From an uncultured Acidobacteriota bacterium (GTDB lineage: Bacteria; Acidobacteriota; Vicinamibacteria; Vicinamibacterales; UBA8438): 64,000 nucleotides of DNA. Positions 9,225 to 18,557 of the stretch are shown here, piece after piece. Both the position numbers and the translations under genes were made by a program. The stretch covers positions 64,001 through 128,000 of the forward strand of contig CAJWLU010000009.1 of the NCBI GenBank assembly GCA_913043225.1. Reading direction: 5' to 3'. The first letter of the stretch is position 1; every line of letters starts with the position of its first letter. The notes beneath the pieces are model-generated. The model searched no databases and was not told the origin of the DNA. It worked only from the letters and a program-made list of their open reading frames with translations.

Positions 9225-10679
9225 TCATCGCCGGTTCTCTTCGGGCGGCAAGGCCACCTCCGGGCTGTCTTCGGTGCGGGCCCGCTCGAACGCCGGTTTA
9301 GGGACGGCGCTGCGTACTTGCTCCATCCAGTACACGCCATCATAGGGGGTGCTGTTTCCCCGGGTGCCATAGAAGTCGACGTCGCCATCGCCGTCGGCAT
9401 CGCGGGCGATGAACTTGTCATACATTCCGCGCTTCCGACGCGAAACGTCGTGGCGGGTCCAGTCGCCGGTACCGTCGCTGCCCGGGTGCTGGAACCAGCC
9501 GATGCGGCCGAGCGCGTCGTGCACGTCAAGGTCGCCGTCGCCTTCGCGTGGCCCTCGGCTGTAGCTGCCAGCCATGACGTCGAGGAATCCGTCGCCGTCG
9601 ATGTCGACCACCGCTAGGCCGGTCATGCTGTCGGGGGCGAAGGTGCCGATGCGGTAGGCGTTCCAGGCGTCGTCGATGATTCTGGGTTGCGCGATCCAGC
9701 CGAGACCGTCGCTGGCGGCCCCGACGATGTCGAGCCGTCCGTCGCCGTTCAGGTCTGCGTAATCCAGGTTGAAGCCGGCCATGCGCGCACCGTTGATCCC
9801 AATGGCGTGCTCTCGGAAGCTGAGATTTCCGGGGGTGCTGGTGTTCTCGAAGAAGATCAGCCTGGCCTCGCCTCGCGTGCCGACAATGACGTCGAGGTCG
9901 CCATCGCCGTCCAGGTCGACTGGCTCGGCGTTTTGAGGCACGCTGTAGCGACCCAGCTGCATCTCGCTCCAACTCCCACCCTTCAGCGGATCGCCATCGA
10001 TGGAGTAGATGACCACGGGCGTTGACTGCGCGTACTCCTCTTGCCCGATCCGGTGAGCGCCCTTGTTGGCTGCGCTCACCTCCGGCTGCCCGTCACCGTC
10101 GAAATCGGCGATGAATACCCTGATGTAGGAGCCGTTGCCCTGGGTGATGGGCACGATCAGGCGCTCCCACTGCTCCGTGCGGGCGGCGACGCCGCCCGGG
10201 TTCTCCAAGTAGGTGAGGTGCGCTAGCTCGGCTGCCACCATTACGTCGAGATGCCCGTCGCCGTTTAGGTCGGCAACGGCGGCGTCCTCGGCGGCCGACG
10301 CATCAGTGCCCTGGGCCAGGGTAACGTTGGTCCAGGCGTTTGGGTCCGCCGAGCCGAACGCGATCCGGACGTGGCCGTCGATGCCCACGTCGAAGTCGGG
10401 GTCGACCACTGCCGAGTCGTACTCGCTGTCGGACTCGTGTACCGAAACGATGTCCTCGAACCCGTCGCCGTCGATGTCGGCCACCACCAGACCGTCGCTC
10501 CCGCTCAGATTGAACCCGGCGGTCGCTGGATCGTCGATGATGTGCTCACGCCAGCTGATGTACTGCCCGTCATCAGAACGAGCCTTGGTTGGCGTATCAC
10601 CGACGGTTGACTGGGTGTAGCCAGCCGCCGGCAGGCTCAGGGCGCCGAGTATCGCGAGCGCAACGATGTGTCTGGTCAT
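9225..10679 (-). CDS. Exported FG-GAP/VCBS repeat protein
   Basis: Seven DxDGDG/DLNGDG Ca-binding repeats. Probable true start MTRHIVALAILG at 10679; the longer ORF extension is kinase debris. Confidence 0.85.
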   Translation of the reverse strand: MTRHIVALAILGALSLPAAGYTQSTVGDTPTKARSDDGQYISWREHIIDDPATAGFNLSGSDGLVVADIDGDGFEDIVSVHESDSEYDSAVVDPDFDVGIDGHVRIAFGSADPNAWTNVTLAQGTDASAAEDAAVADLNGDGHLDVMVAAELAHLTYLENPGGVAARTEQWERLIVPITQGNGSYIRVFIADFDGDGQPEVSAANKGAHRIGQEEYAQSTPVVIYSIDGDPLKGGSWSEMQLGRYSVPQNAEPVDLDGDGDLDVIVGTRGEARLIFFENTSTPGNLSFREHAIGINGARMAGFNLDYADLNGDGRLDIVGAASDGLGWIAQPRIIDDAWNAYRIGTFAPDSMTGLAVVDIDGDGFLDVMAGSYSRGPREGDGDLDVHDALGRIGWFQHPGSDGTGDWTRHDVSRRKRGMYDKFIARDADGDGDVDFYGTRGNSTPYDGVYWMEQVRSAVPKPAFERARTEDSPEVALPPEENRR

Positions 10680-10748
10680 GGTATGGAGAGCAATCGCTCT
10701 GGTGCTTCGCCACGAGCAATTGGAGCGAAAGGGACGGGCCAATCCGTG

Positions 10749-10949
10749 CAAGAAATGCCCCGTCGCTGCGTAGCGAGGGTGATCCCCTGGGAATGATGAC
10801 ACCATCCCCCTCTGGGTGGCGGCGGTGAGCGATACGGTGGGGGAGAGCGACATATTTGGGTCGGCCGCCTCCGGTTCGAGCGCCTTGGTCAGCCGGAAGT
10901 CGAGGACCTTAACCATGCCTTCGGACGCCATCTTGGTGTTGGCGGGTCT
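10749..10949 (-). pseudogene. Internal remnant of a Hanks-type Ser/Thr protein kinase
   Basis: RPANTKMASEGMVKVLDFRLTKALEP...SLSPTVSLTAATQRGMV resembles KPANI...VKVLDFGLAK...SPT...T..G, with DFG mutated to DFR. Confidence 0.75.
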
Positions 10950-10989
10950 CGGGCGAACGCCTCGCGCCGATTATAGCTGGCTCACGTCG

Positions 10990-11075
10990 CCAGTACCACT
11001 CGACCTTCAGACCGGGCACGCGCTGGGGCAACTCTGTGTCTCTTGCGACAATTGGCAGGTCGTGCGCCAGGTCGG
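10990..11075 (-). pseudogene. C-terminal remnant of a PIN-domain (VapC-like) toxin
   Basis: LAHDLPIVARDTELPQRVPGLKVEW resembles the VapC tail ALxHxLxLVTxD..F.RVPGLxVExW. Confidence 0.6.
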
Positions 11076-11155
11076 TCAAGCGGCGTTTGGCTGACCGAGG
11101 ACGACATCGTATCGCTCGAACGCGGAGGACGCTGCGAGTTTGATAGGCTCGGGCC

Positions 11156-12811
11156 ATGATCAGGCGTGCGACCGTAGCGGTGGTCTTGTGTGGGGCGCTA
11201 CTATGGGCCGGCCGGCAGCCCCCAATGGCTCAGCAGCCACGCGTGTCGGCTGGTGAGCGCGCCGGGTGCGAAGCGCTGCTCCTGACGCGAAACCTCACGC
11301 TAACCTATGCCGGTGTCCAGACGATCGGTGATGGCACGGCCTACTGTTACGTGAAGGGCATCCTCCCGCCTGCGATCGGCTTCCATGTGCAGCTGCCGTT
11401 TCCCGGTGATTGGAACGGTCGGTTTCTGAAGTGGGGCGACGGTGGGAAAGATGGCGACCTCGACTTCGCCGACCATCGGGTGGCCGAAGGCTACGCGGTC
11501 GCCAACAGCAATATGGGGCACGACAGCGGCGCCGAGCCGGGGTCGTCGTTCGCGTGGAACAACCGGCAGGCCGAGATCGACTTCGGTTACCGGGCCGTGC
11601 ACCTGACGACGGTAGCTGGCAAGGGCCTGGTACGCGCCTACTACGACCGGGCGCCCGAGTATTCCTACTTCGAAGGCTGCTCGACTGGTGGTCGCGAAGG
11701 GCTGATGGAGGCGCAGCGCTATCCGGACGACTTCGATGGGATCGTGGCTGGTGCACCCGCCAACCACTATCAGGATATGAACGCGGTCCGTGTCTGGCTG
11801 CTGCAGCGGATGTTCCGCGACGACTTTACCGGCGCGCTGGCGTTCGACACCGACGGTGACGGGCGCTTCGACAGCGTGCGCAAGATGGACCTGTTGGCCG
11901 ACGCGGTACTCGCGCGCTGCGATGCCAACGACGGCATCACGGACGGGGTCATCGACGACCCGCTCGGTTGCGACTTTGATCCCGGGCGAGACCTGTCCAA
12001 CCAGCGGTGCCCGGGGGACGTCGACGGCGAGACCTGCTTTACTAGTGCGCAGCTCCAGACCATTCGCGACTTTCACGAGGGGCCGAGCGACAGTCTCGAG
12101 CGTTCGATCTATGCCGGGAAGCCGATTGGCTCAGAGCGGGAGTGGACGCGGTTGTTCATTCCCTACACGGGCAACCGGTTCAACCCGGGCGCTGTGGGGC
12201 TCGGCGGTGATCACCTCAACTACTTGTTCTTCGACGAAGACCCCGGGGTGGCACCCCCCAATCTGATCGATCCGTCGAGCGAGGTGGACGCTGAGGCCAT
12301 GCCGCCGCAGTGGGCGTGGTGGAACTTCGATATTCAGGACGTCCACGCAGGACGAGGCGATGTGATGCGAGCCATCACCGACGCTGTCGACCCTGATCTC
12401 ACTGGGATGCTGGTGGAGAACGATGCGAAGCTGCTCATGTATCACGGTTGGGCCGACGCTCTCGTGGTGCCACAGCCCACGCTGACCTACTACCACGACG
12501 TGGTGGACACGACGTTCGGGGGCGACATGGATGCGGCTCGTCAGAAGGTGCGCTTGTTCATGGCGCCTGGCATGGGGCACTGCCGTGGTGGGGCCGGTCC
12601 AGACACCTGGGATCGGCTGCAGCCGCTGGTCGACTGGGTCGAGCGGGGCGCGGCGCCGGATGCACTGATCGCGACGCATCAGACCGATGGCGTGGTGGAC
12701 AACGAGCGACCACTTTGTGCGGTGCCCGAGCGGGCGGTCTATACAGGGCCAGTCGGCGGCGAGAACGATCAGACAAATTGGGTAGCGGAGAACTTCACAT
12801 GTCAGAGATGA
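11156..12811 (+). CDS. Tannase/feruloyl esterase family hydrolase, exported
   Basis: GCSTGGREG nucleophile elbow, YPDDFDGIVAGAPA, YHGWAD, PGMGHC. Confidence 0.92.
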   Translation: MIRRATVAVVLCGALLWAGRQPPMAQQPRVSAGERAGCEALLLTRNLTLTYAGVQTIGDGTAYCYVKGILPPAIGFHVQLPFPGDWNGRFLKWGDGGKDGDLDFADHRVAEGYAVANSNMGHDSGAEPGSSFAWNNRQAEIDFGYRAVHLTTVAGKGLVRAYYDRAPEYSYFEGCSTGGREGLMEAQRYPDDFDGIVAGAPANHYQDMNAVRVWLLQRMFRDDFTGALAFDTDGDGRFDSVRKMDLLADAVLARCDANDGITDGVIDDPLGCDFDPGRDLSNQRCPGDVDGETCFTSAQLQTIRDFHEGPSDSLERSIYAGKPIGSEREWTRLFIPYTGNRFNPGAVGLGGDHLNYLFFDEDPGVAPPNLIDPSSEVDAEAMPPQWAWWNFDIQDVHAGRGDVMRAITDAVDPDLTGMLVENDAKLLMYHGWADALVVPQPTLTYYHDVVDTTFGGDMDAARQKVRLFMAPGMGHCRGGAGPDTWDRLQPLVDWVERGAAPDALIATHQTDGVVDNERPLCAVPERAVYTGPVGGENDQTNWVAENFTCQR

Positions 12812-14763
12812 CGCGGCTAATCACGATTGCGGCGTTGGCGCTGGTCCTCGGGGCAGAGCTCACGACCGCCCAGCATCCGCCCCCGGGTGAGTGGCACGCG
12901 TTTGGCGCCGACACGGGTAACTCGAAGTACTCGCCGCTCGACCAGATTGACGCCACCAACTTCACGGATCTTGAGATTGCCTGGCGTTGGGCGTCCATCT
13001 CGAAGGCGGTGGCAGACACCCGTTCGGAGATCAATGCCGGTCTCTTCAAGGCGACAGCGCTGATGGCCGATGGGCTGGTGTACATTGCCACGGCCCTGAG
13101 CCAAGTAGCTGCGCTTGATCCCGGCACCGGGGCGTTGGTCTGGTACTACGATCCTAAGACTTACGACCAGCTCGACCGGCCGGCCAACATCGGATGGCAG
13201 CACCGCGGTGTGTCGTTCTGGCGGGACGGCGATACCGATGACACACGCATCTTCATCGCCACTCACGACCTGCGGCTGCACGGCCTCGACGCCAGAACTG
13301 GGGAGCTTGAAGCTGGGTTTGGAGATGGTGGCATCGTCGATCTCAGCACCACCCTCGGCCGAGAGATTGACCGCTCACGGATCACGCACTCGTCGCCGGT
13401 GGCGGTGGTGCGCGACACGCTCGTCGTGGGCAGCTCGTTGACTGACCAGACCACGACCCGCGAAGCGCCACCTGGACACGTGCGCGGGTTCGATGCGCAT
13501 ACAGGCGCGATGAAGTGGATCTTTCACACTATTCCGCAGGGTGACGAGTTCGGCGTGGATAGCTGGGGCAATGAAAGTTGGCGCTACAGCGGGCACACGA
13601 ACGTGTGGGGCAACATGGCGGGCGACGACGAACTAGGCATCGTGTACCTGCCGATTAGCACGCCGACCAACGACTGGTATGGCGGGATGCGGCCGGGCGA
13701 CAACCTGTTTGCCGAGAGCGTGGTGGCGGTCGATGTCGAGACCGGCCAGCGGCTCTGGCACTTCCAGGCGGTGCATCACGGATTGTGGGACTACGACTTC
13801 CCGACCGCTGGGAACATGCTCGACATCACGGTGGACGGTCGCGACATCCGTGCCTATGCCCAGGCGAGTAAGCAGGCGTTCACCTATGTCTTCGACGCTG
13901 CTACCGGCGAGCCGGTGTGGCCGATCGAGGAGCGGCCGGTGCTGGCGGGCGATGTGCCCGGCGAGTGGTACTCGCCGACGCAACCGTTCCCCACCAAGCC
14001 GGCTCCTTTCGACCTGCAGGGCATCACCGTTGATGACCTGATTGACTTCACGCCTGAGCTACGCGCCGAGGCGATCGAGATTGCCGACCGCGCGGTTCTC
14101 GGTCCCATCTTCCTGCCACCCACGGTGCGCGGGCAGCCGAAGCCGATCATCCAGTCGCCAGGACCGGGCGGCGGCGTGAACTGGCCTGGTACCGCCGTTG
14201 ATCCAGAGACCGGCACCATGTTCATCCCGTCGCAGACACGTTTGCGCGCTCTCGAGGTCGTGGAGTACGAGCCGCCGGCCACGGTCGGCTACTTTACTGA
14301 CCCGTGGGCCGTGCCGGTGCCGGGGCCGAGAGGCTTGCCGTTGGTCAAGCCGCCTTACAAGCGGATTACTGCGATCGACATGAACTCGGGCGACCACGCT
14401 TGGATGAGCCCGCACGGCGACGGACCGCGCAATCACCCGGCGCTGCGCGATCTGAATCTGCCGGCGCTCGGCGGCCATAGTGGTATCCATGGCGGCGGCC
14501 CGTTGGCCACCAAGACGCTGCTCATCGTGAATTCTGGCGCCCGCTACGTCGAAGACATGGCCGAGTCAGCCCGGGCGCTCACCGCGTACCACAAGCGGAC
14601 CGGCGAGTATCTCGGCTCGGTGATGCTGCCGGCCGTACCGTCGGGTAACGCGATGACCTATCTGTGGGAAGGGACGCAGTATGTCGTGGTCGCTGTGGGC
14701 GGCGGCGGCGGCGCGGCGGCGCCTGAACTGATTGCGCTGGCGTTGCCGACCTCTGAATCTTGA
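12808..14763 (+). CDS. PQQ-dependent dehydrogenase, glucose/quinate/shikimate-like, soluble exported form
   Basis: ATGA overlap with the tannase stop; KYSPLDQI, PPGHVRGFD, GDNLFAES, VHHGLWDYD, SPTQPFP. Confidence 0.88.
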   Translation: MTRLITIAALALVLGAELTTAQHPPPGEWHAFGADTGNSKYSPLDQIDATNFTDLEIAWRWASISKAVADTRSEINAGLFKATALMADGLVYIATALSQVAALDPGTGALVWYYDPKTYDQLDRPANIGWQHRGVSFWRDGDTDDTRIFIATHDLRLHGLDARTGELEAGFGDGGIVDLSTTLGREIDRSRITHSSPVAVVRDTLVVGSSLTDQTTTREAPPGHVRGFDAHTGAMKWIFHTIPQGDEFGVDSWGNESWRYSGHTNVWGNMAGDDELGIVYLPISTPTNDWYGGMRPGDNLFAESVVAVDVETGQRLWHFQAVHHGLWDYDFPTAGNMLDITVDGRDIRAYAQASKQAFTYVFDAATGEPVWPIEERPVLAGDVPGEWYSPTQPFPTKPAPFDLQGITVDDLIDFTPELRAEAIEIADRAVLGPIFLPPTVRGQPKPIIQSPGPGGGVNWPGTAVDPETGTMFIPSQTRLRALEVVEYEPPATVGYFTDPWAVPVPGPRGLPLVKPPYKRITAIDMNSGDHAWMSPHGDGPRNHPALRDLNLPALGGHSGIHGGGPLATKTLLIVNSGARYVEDMAESARALTAYHKRTGEYLGSVMLPAVPSGNAMTYLWEGTQYVVVAVGGGGGAAAPELIALALPTSES

Positions 14764-14838
14764 CCCCGCTTGACCCGGCTGCCATCCTTGGCGGGTTCTG
14801 GACCGTACGAAAGGCGCGACAACATCTAAGGAGACGGA

Positions 14839-15768
14839 ATGAAATCGTGGTGGATATCCCTAGGGTTGCTGATCGTTAGCGCGACCAGCGTCGGGGCGCA
14901 GGAAGCGCGGTCGATTCTGTTCATTGGCAACAGCTTCACTTACGGGCACGGGTCGGCCGTGCGTTACTGGCGGCCGGATACGGTCACTGACCTGAACCGA
15001 GAGGGTGTCGGCGGCGTGCCGGCTCTGTTTAAGGCGTTCACCACACAGGTGGGCGTGCCCTATGACGTTTACCTCGAGACACGCGGTGGCTCGTCCATCG
15101 ACTTTCACCTGCAGGAGAAGCGGGCCGAGATCACTCGGCAGCCCTGGGACGTGGTCGTAGCCCACGGATTCAGCACACTCGATCCTCAGAATCCGGGTGA
15201 CCCGACGGCGTTGCTGCGGTCGGGCCGGAACATGGCTGAGTTGCTCGTGGCTAGAAACCCTGATGTTGACTTCTATGTCACCGCCACGTGGTCTCGTCCC
15301 GATCTGACTTACCAGGACGGCTCGCCCTGGTCCGGAAAATCGATCGATACGATGGGTATCGATGTGAATGCGGCCTACAGCCGGCTGGCGGCCGAGGTCG
15401 ACGGCGTGAAGGGGGTGAACCCGGTGGGCCTGGCGTTCAACCGGGCGATGAGCGCCGGGGTGGCCGACCCGAATCCCTACGACGGGATCGCCGTTGACCA
15501 GGTCGACCTCTATACTTTCGACCACTACCACGCGAGCTCGTTCGGCTACTACCTTGAAGCACTCGTCGTGTTTGGCAACGTGACCGGCGTCGACCCGCTG
15601 GTACTGGGAAGTAGCGAGTGTTCAGGGTTCGAGCTGGGGATGTCCGGCGCGCAGGCTGAAGCGCTGCAGCAGGTAGCCCACGACGAGCTCGTGGCGGCTG
15701 GTGTGGTGCTGAAGAAGCCTGCCGGATTGACGATGCCCGCCCGCGCGTCGAGCTGCGCTACCCCGTAA
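14839..15768 (+). CDS. Exported SGNH/GDSL-type hydrolase
   Basis: RBS AAGGAG; ILFIGNSFT block I; DHYH catalytic DxxH. Confidence 0.75.
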   Translation: MKSWWISLGLLIVSATSVGAQEARSILFIGNSFTYGHGSAVRYWRPDTVTDLNREGVGGVPALFKAFTTQVGVPYDVYLETRGGSSIDFHLQEKRAEITRQPWDVVVAHGFSTLDPQNPGDPTALLRSGRNMAELLVARNPDVDFYVTATWSRPDLTYQDGSPWSGKSIDTMGIDVNAAYSRLAAEVDGVKGVNPVGLAFNRAMSAGVADPNPYDGIAVDQVDLYTFDHYHASSFGYYLEALVVFGNVTGVDPLVLGSSECSGFELGMSGAQAEALQQVAHDELVAAGVVLKKPAGLTMPARASSCATP

Positions 15769-15774
15769 CCGATC

Positions 15775-15803
15775 GGGTGCCCGTGCCTTTGGTGCGGGCA
15801 CCC
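15775..15803. terminator. Hairpin between convergent genes
   Basis: GGGTGCCCGTGCC-ttt-GGTGCGGGCACCC. Confidence 0.55.
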
Positions 15804-15890
15804 TGTCTGCCAGCTGGCTAAGCCCGTTGTCGACGACCACCAGCCTGAGCGACGCGTGTTCCCGCGGCATGACGGACCATTGCCGGCCGG

Positions 15891-18452
15891 CTACAGCGCG
15901 CTAAGCGCTTCTCGCTGGCGGGTCAGCCGCGATTCGCGTTCACGGGCGAACTTCGCCACACCCTCGAAGATCGAGTTTTGGTCGAGGCGCGACTCGGTGA
16001 TGACTTCCGGTTCAAGACCGCCGCTGCGCCAGCGGTCGTCGAAGTCGGCATACATCGAGTATTCCTCGGTGAGTGGGCCGAGGTTGGGGATGGGGGGCAC
16101 CCGCTTGGTCATCGTGCTGATAACCATGCAGTCGTAGCGGGCGGTCTCTGGCAGGATGGACTGCCGATACGCCTCGGATTGGAAGCCGAAGAGCTCGGTG
16201 CTGATCACGGCCGCGATCCGCACATTGATGCCGGCCTCCTCGAGACGCGGAATCACGCCGACCAGATTGGACGACGAACTCGAACCCTGCACGAAGATGG
16301 TGCCCATCTGTGGAGCGTCCGGGGCGTAATCCCGGATCAGATACACCCCCTTGGCGGCGGCCTTCACATCGGTGTCAGCGAACGTCGAGCGGTCGGCGAC
16401 GTGGAAGTCGGGCCGTGCCACGTGGATGACGATGATGCCGAGCTCCTTGATTTCGAGTGCCTTCTGCACCGCCGCGAAGTAGCCTGGCGCCACGTCGTTG
16501 TAGTCCCAGAAGTACAGGTTCACCACCTGGTTGCGTGGCAGGAGCGTCCAGGTCTGCGGTGCGAAGATGCCGAAGTGGGTGCGGGCGTCGGCGGCGGTCT
16601 CCGGACCGGAATGTCCGGCGAGCACGTGGAGCACCCCCAATTCGAACGGACTGTCCTGGTTCATCTGCGAGAACACCCGGGCCGGGGTGTACATCAGCGG
16701 CGTGAAGGCGCCGTAGGTGCCGGAGATGCCCCAGACCCCGGCGAAGTTTGACGGGTCGGTCGACGCGTTCTGGCTGACCATCCCGATGATGGTCGAGGCG
16801 TTGCCCGCCTCCTGGATGGCTGCCTTTAAGCGGGTGCCGAGCGGGTTCTCCACCGGATCGTAGTGGCCCAGCAGGTTGGCCTTCTCGATGTTGATCGAGT
16901 TTGAGAGGTCGGCCGCCATCGTCAGGAACCGGCCATCGGTCACGTAGTTCAGCCAGGCGCCGATCTCGCTTACGGCCCGGCGCGGGCCCTTCTGCTGACC
17001 CGGCTCGGCAAAGAGCGATATCTGTCGTTCGACCATGGCGCCGCTCCGGGCGTTGGTGACCACCACGTCCTGCGGCGCGGTCGGCAGCTGCTCTACTTTC
17101 AGTCGATCGTCGAGGAATGGGTTGGTGGTGGCGTCAATCCGGAGCGTCGGAGTTCGAGCCACCGAGCCGGCGATGTTGACCACGCGCTCGGCTATCCAGG
17201 CGCCGAGGCCGTCGCGCGAATCGAGCACCGACATTAACCGGTCGACGTTGGTCTTGAACTGCACCAATCGGTCGGCGTAGGTTGCAGGCTCGCCGTCACG
17301 GATGCCGTCGAACTCGATGCCGTACGTGCGTTCGAACGACTCGGCTAACGTGACGAAGTACGGGTCATTTAGCTTGAAGCCGTAAGGGTGCGACGGGTAG
17401 CCGATGATCTGTTCCGTGTCGCCGATCTTTCCGTTGCGCCCGGCTGGCCACCAACCCTTGGTGGTTGAGCCCACCAGTGCCATAGGTCGACGGTCATCGG
17501 CTGGCCATTCCTCCATCACCCTGTAGGCCGCCATCACCTGGTCGAAGTCGTTACCGTCTTCGATGGTGAACACGTTCCAGCCGTAGGACACCCACTGCTG
17601 GACTAGGTCGTAGTCGCTGTAGCTCGGTTTTACCACTCCGCCGATCAGGCTGTCGTCGATGCCCGCGTTGTTGTTTGAGATGAGCACCCGGAGCCGCTTG
17701 CCGACCTGCTGCGAGAGGGCGATGCTCTTGAGTTCCTGGGCGTGGCCCTCGGTCAGCGCGAACTCGCCTTCGAGCGCCACCACCTTCATCTCGGGCGGTC
17801 CGCCGATGTAGTCCCAGAAGAGCGCCTTGCCGGCCGCGGTTGTGATGCCGATGCCGGAGGGCCCGCCATTGACGTCGTTGGTGACATCGATCGACTCGGC
17901 GTGGCCAGACAGGGCACGGATGCCGCGGCCCCGCGCCTCGGCAAACAGCGGATGGTCGCTGAGACCGTTGTCAGCGAGCAACGTTTCGAGCGCGCCCGAA
18001 CCGCGCCGGAACCCCAGCGCGTCGACCGGCAGCATGGCAACGTCTGGCGCGCAGGCGAAGCGGTCCTCTCCGGTCGCTTCGTGCTGACGGCGCAGCGCCT
18101 CGTAGAGCACCATCCAGAGCGCGTAACAGGTCGGGATGCAGTGGCCGCCGGCCAGCATGAACTTGTCGGTGCAGGGTAGCTTGGGCTGGCGGAGGTCGTA
18201 GCGCAGCCCGCCATACTCGGGTCCACCCAGATGGCACGCTACGTTGTAGGGCGTGTAGGCCAGCGGTCCGCCGAAATGACCGGTCTGGGCGTAGTTGCCC
18301 ATGAGGCAGAGCTGCATCGCGGTCAGGAACGCGACGTCGTCATAGCGTTGCCGTTCGTAGTCGGGAAGCTCGATGGCATGCGGGTGAGCTTCGCTTGCCG
18401 CCGTCACCGTGTGGAGTGTGATCGTCTGACCTGCCGGAGCGTCTGTTGTCAT
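15891..18452 (-). CDS. Transketolase-like ThDP-dependent enzyme (long, atypical)
   Basis: TGHFGG, DKFMLAGGH, SGHAE, TTKG, ADLSNS, IQEA, GHSGP...DARTH motifs. Confidence 0.85.
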   Translation of the reverse strand: MTTDAPAGQTITLHTVTAASEAHPHAIELPDYERQRYDDVAFLTAMQLCLMGNYAQTGHFGGPLAYTPYNVACHLGGPEYGGLRYDLRQPKLPCTDKFMLAGGHCIPTCYALWMVLYEALRRQHEATGEDRFACAPDVAMLPVDALGFRRGSGALETLLADNGLSDHPLFAEARGRGIRALSGHAESIDVTNDVNGGPSGIGITTAAGKALFWDYIGGPPEMKVVALEGEFALTEGHAQELKSIALSQQVGKRLRVLISNNNAGIDDSLIGGVVKPSYSDYDLVQQWVSYGWNVFTIEDGNDFDQVMAAYRVMEEWPADDRRPMALVGSTTKGWWPAGRNGKIGDTEQIIGYPSHPYGFKLNDPYFVTLAESFERTYGIEFDGIRDGEPATYADRLVQFKTNVDRLMSVLDSRDGLGAWIAERVVNIAGSVARTPTLRIDATTNPFLDDRLKVEQLPTAPQDVVVTNARSGAMVERQISLFAEPGQQKGPRRAVSEIGAWLNYVTDGRFLTMAADLSNSINIEKANLLGHYDPVENPLGTRLKAAIQEAGNASTIIGMVSQNASTDPSNFAGVWGISGTYGAFTPLMYTPARVFSQMNQDSPFELGVLHVLAGHSGPETAADARTHFGIFAPQTWTLLPRNQVVNLYFWDYNDVAPGYFAAVQKALEIKELGIIVIHVARPDFHVADRSTFADTDVKAAAKGVYLIRDYAPDAPQMGTIFVQGSSSSSNLVGVIPRLEEAGINVRIAAVISTELFGFQSEAYRQSILPETARYDCMVISTMTKRVPPIPNLGPLTEEYSMYADFDDRWRSGGLEPEVITESRLDQNSIFEGVAKFARERESRLTRQREALSAL

Positions 18453-18557
18453 CGTGAGTCTGGACCTCGCCTCAGCGGGATACTACACTTCGCCGGGAGC
18501 GGTGTCAGTCATCACGACCCACCGCAGGGAAGCCCCAGCAAACCAACTGAGGATGTC

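Noticed and set aside
13770..13805. WDYD in the glucose-dehydrogenase-like gene as a lanthanide signature
   Set aside because: DxD is normal in this subfamily, so it is not diagnostic.
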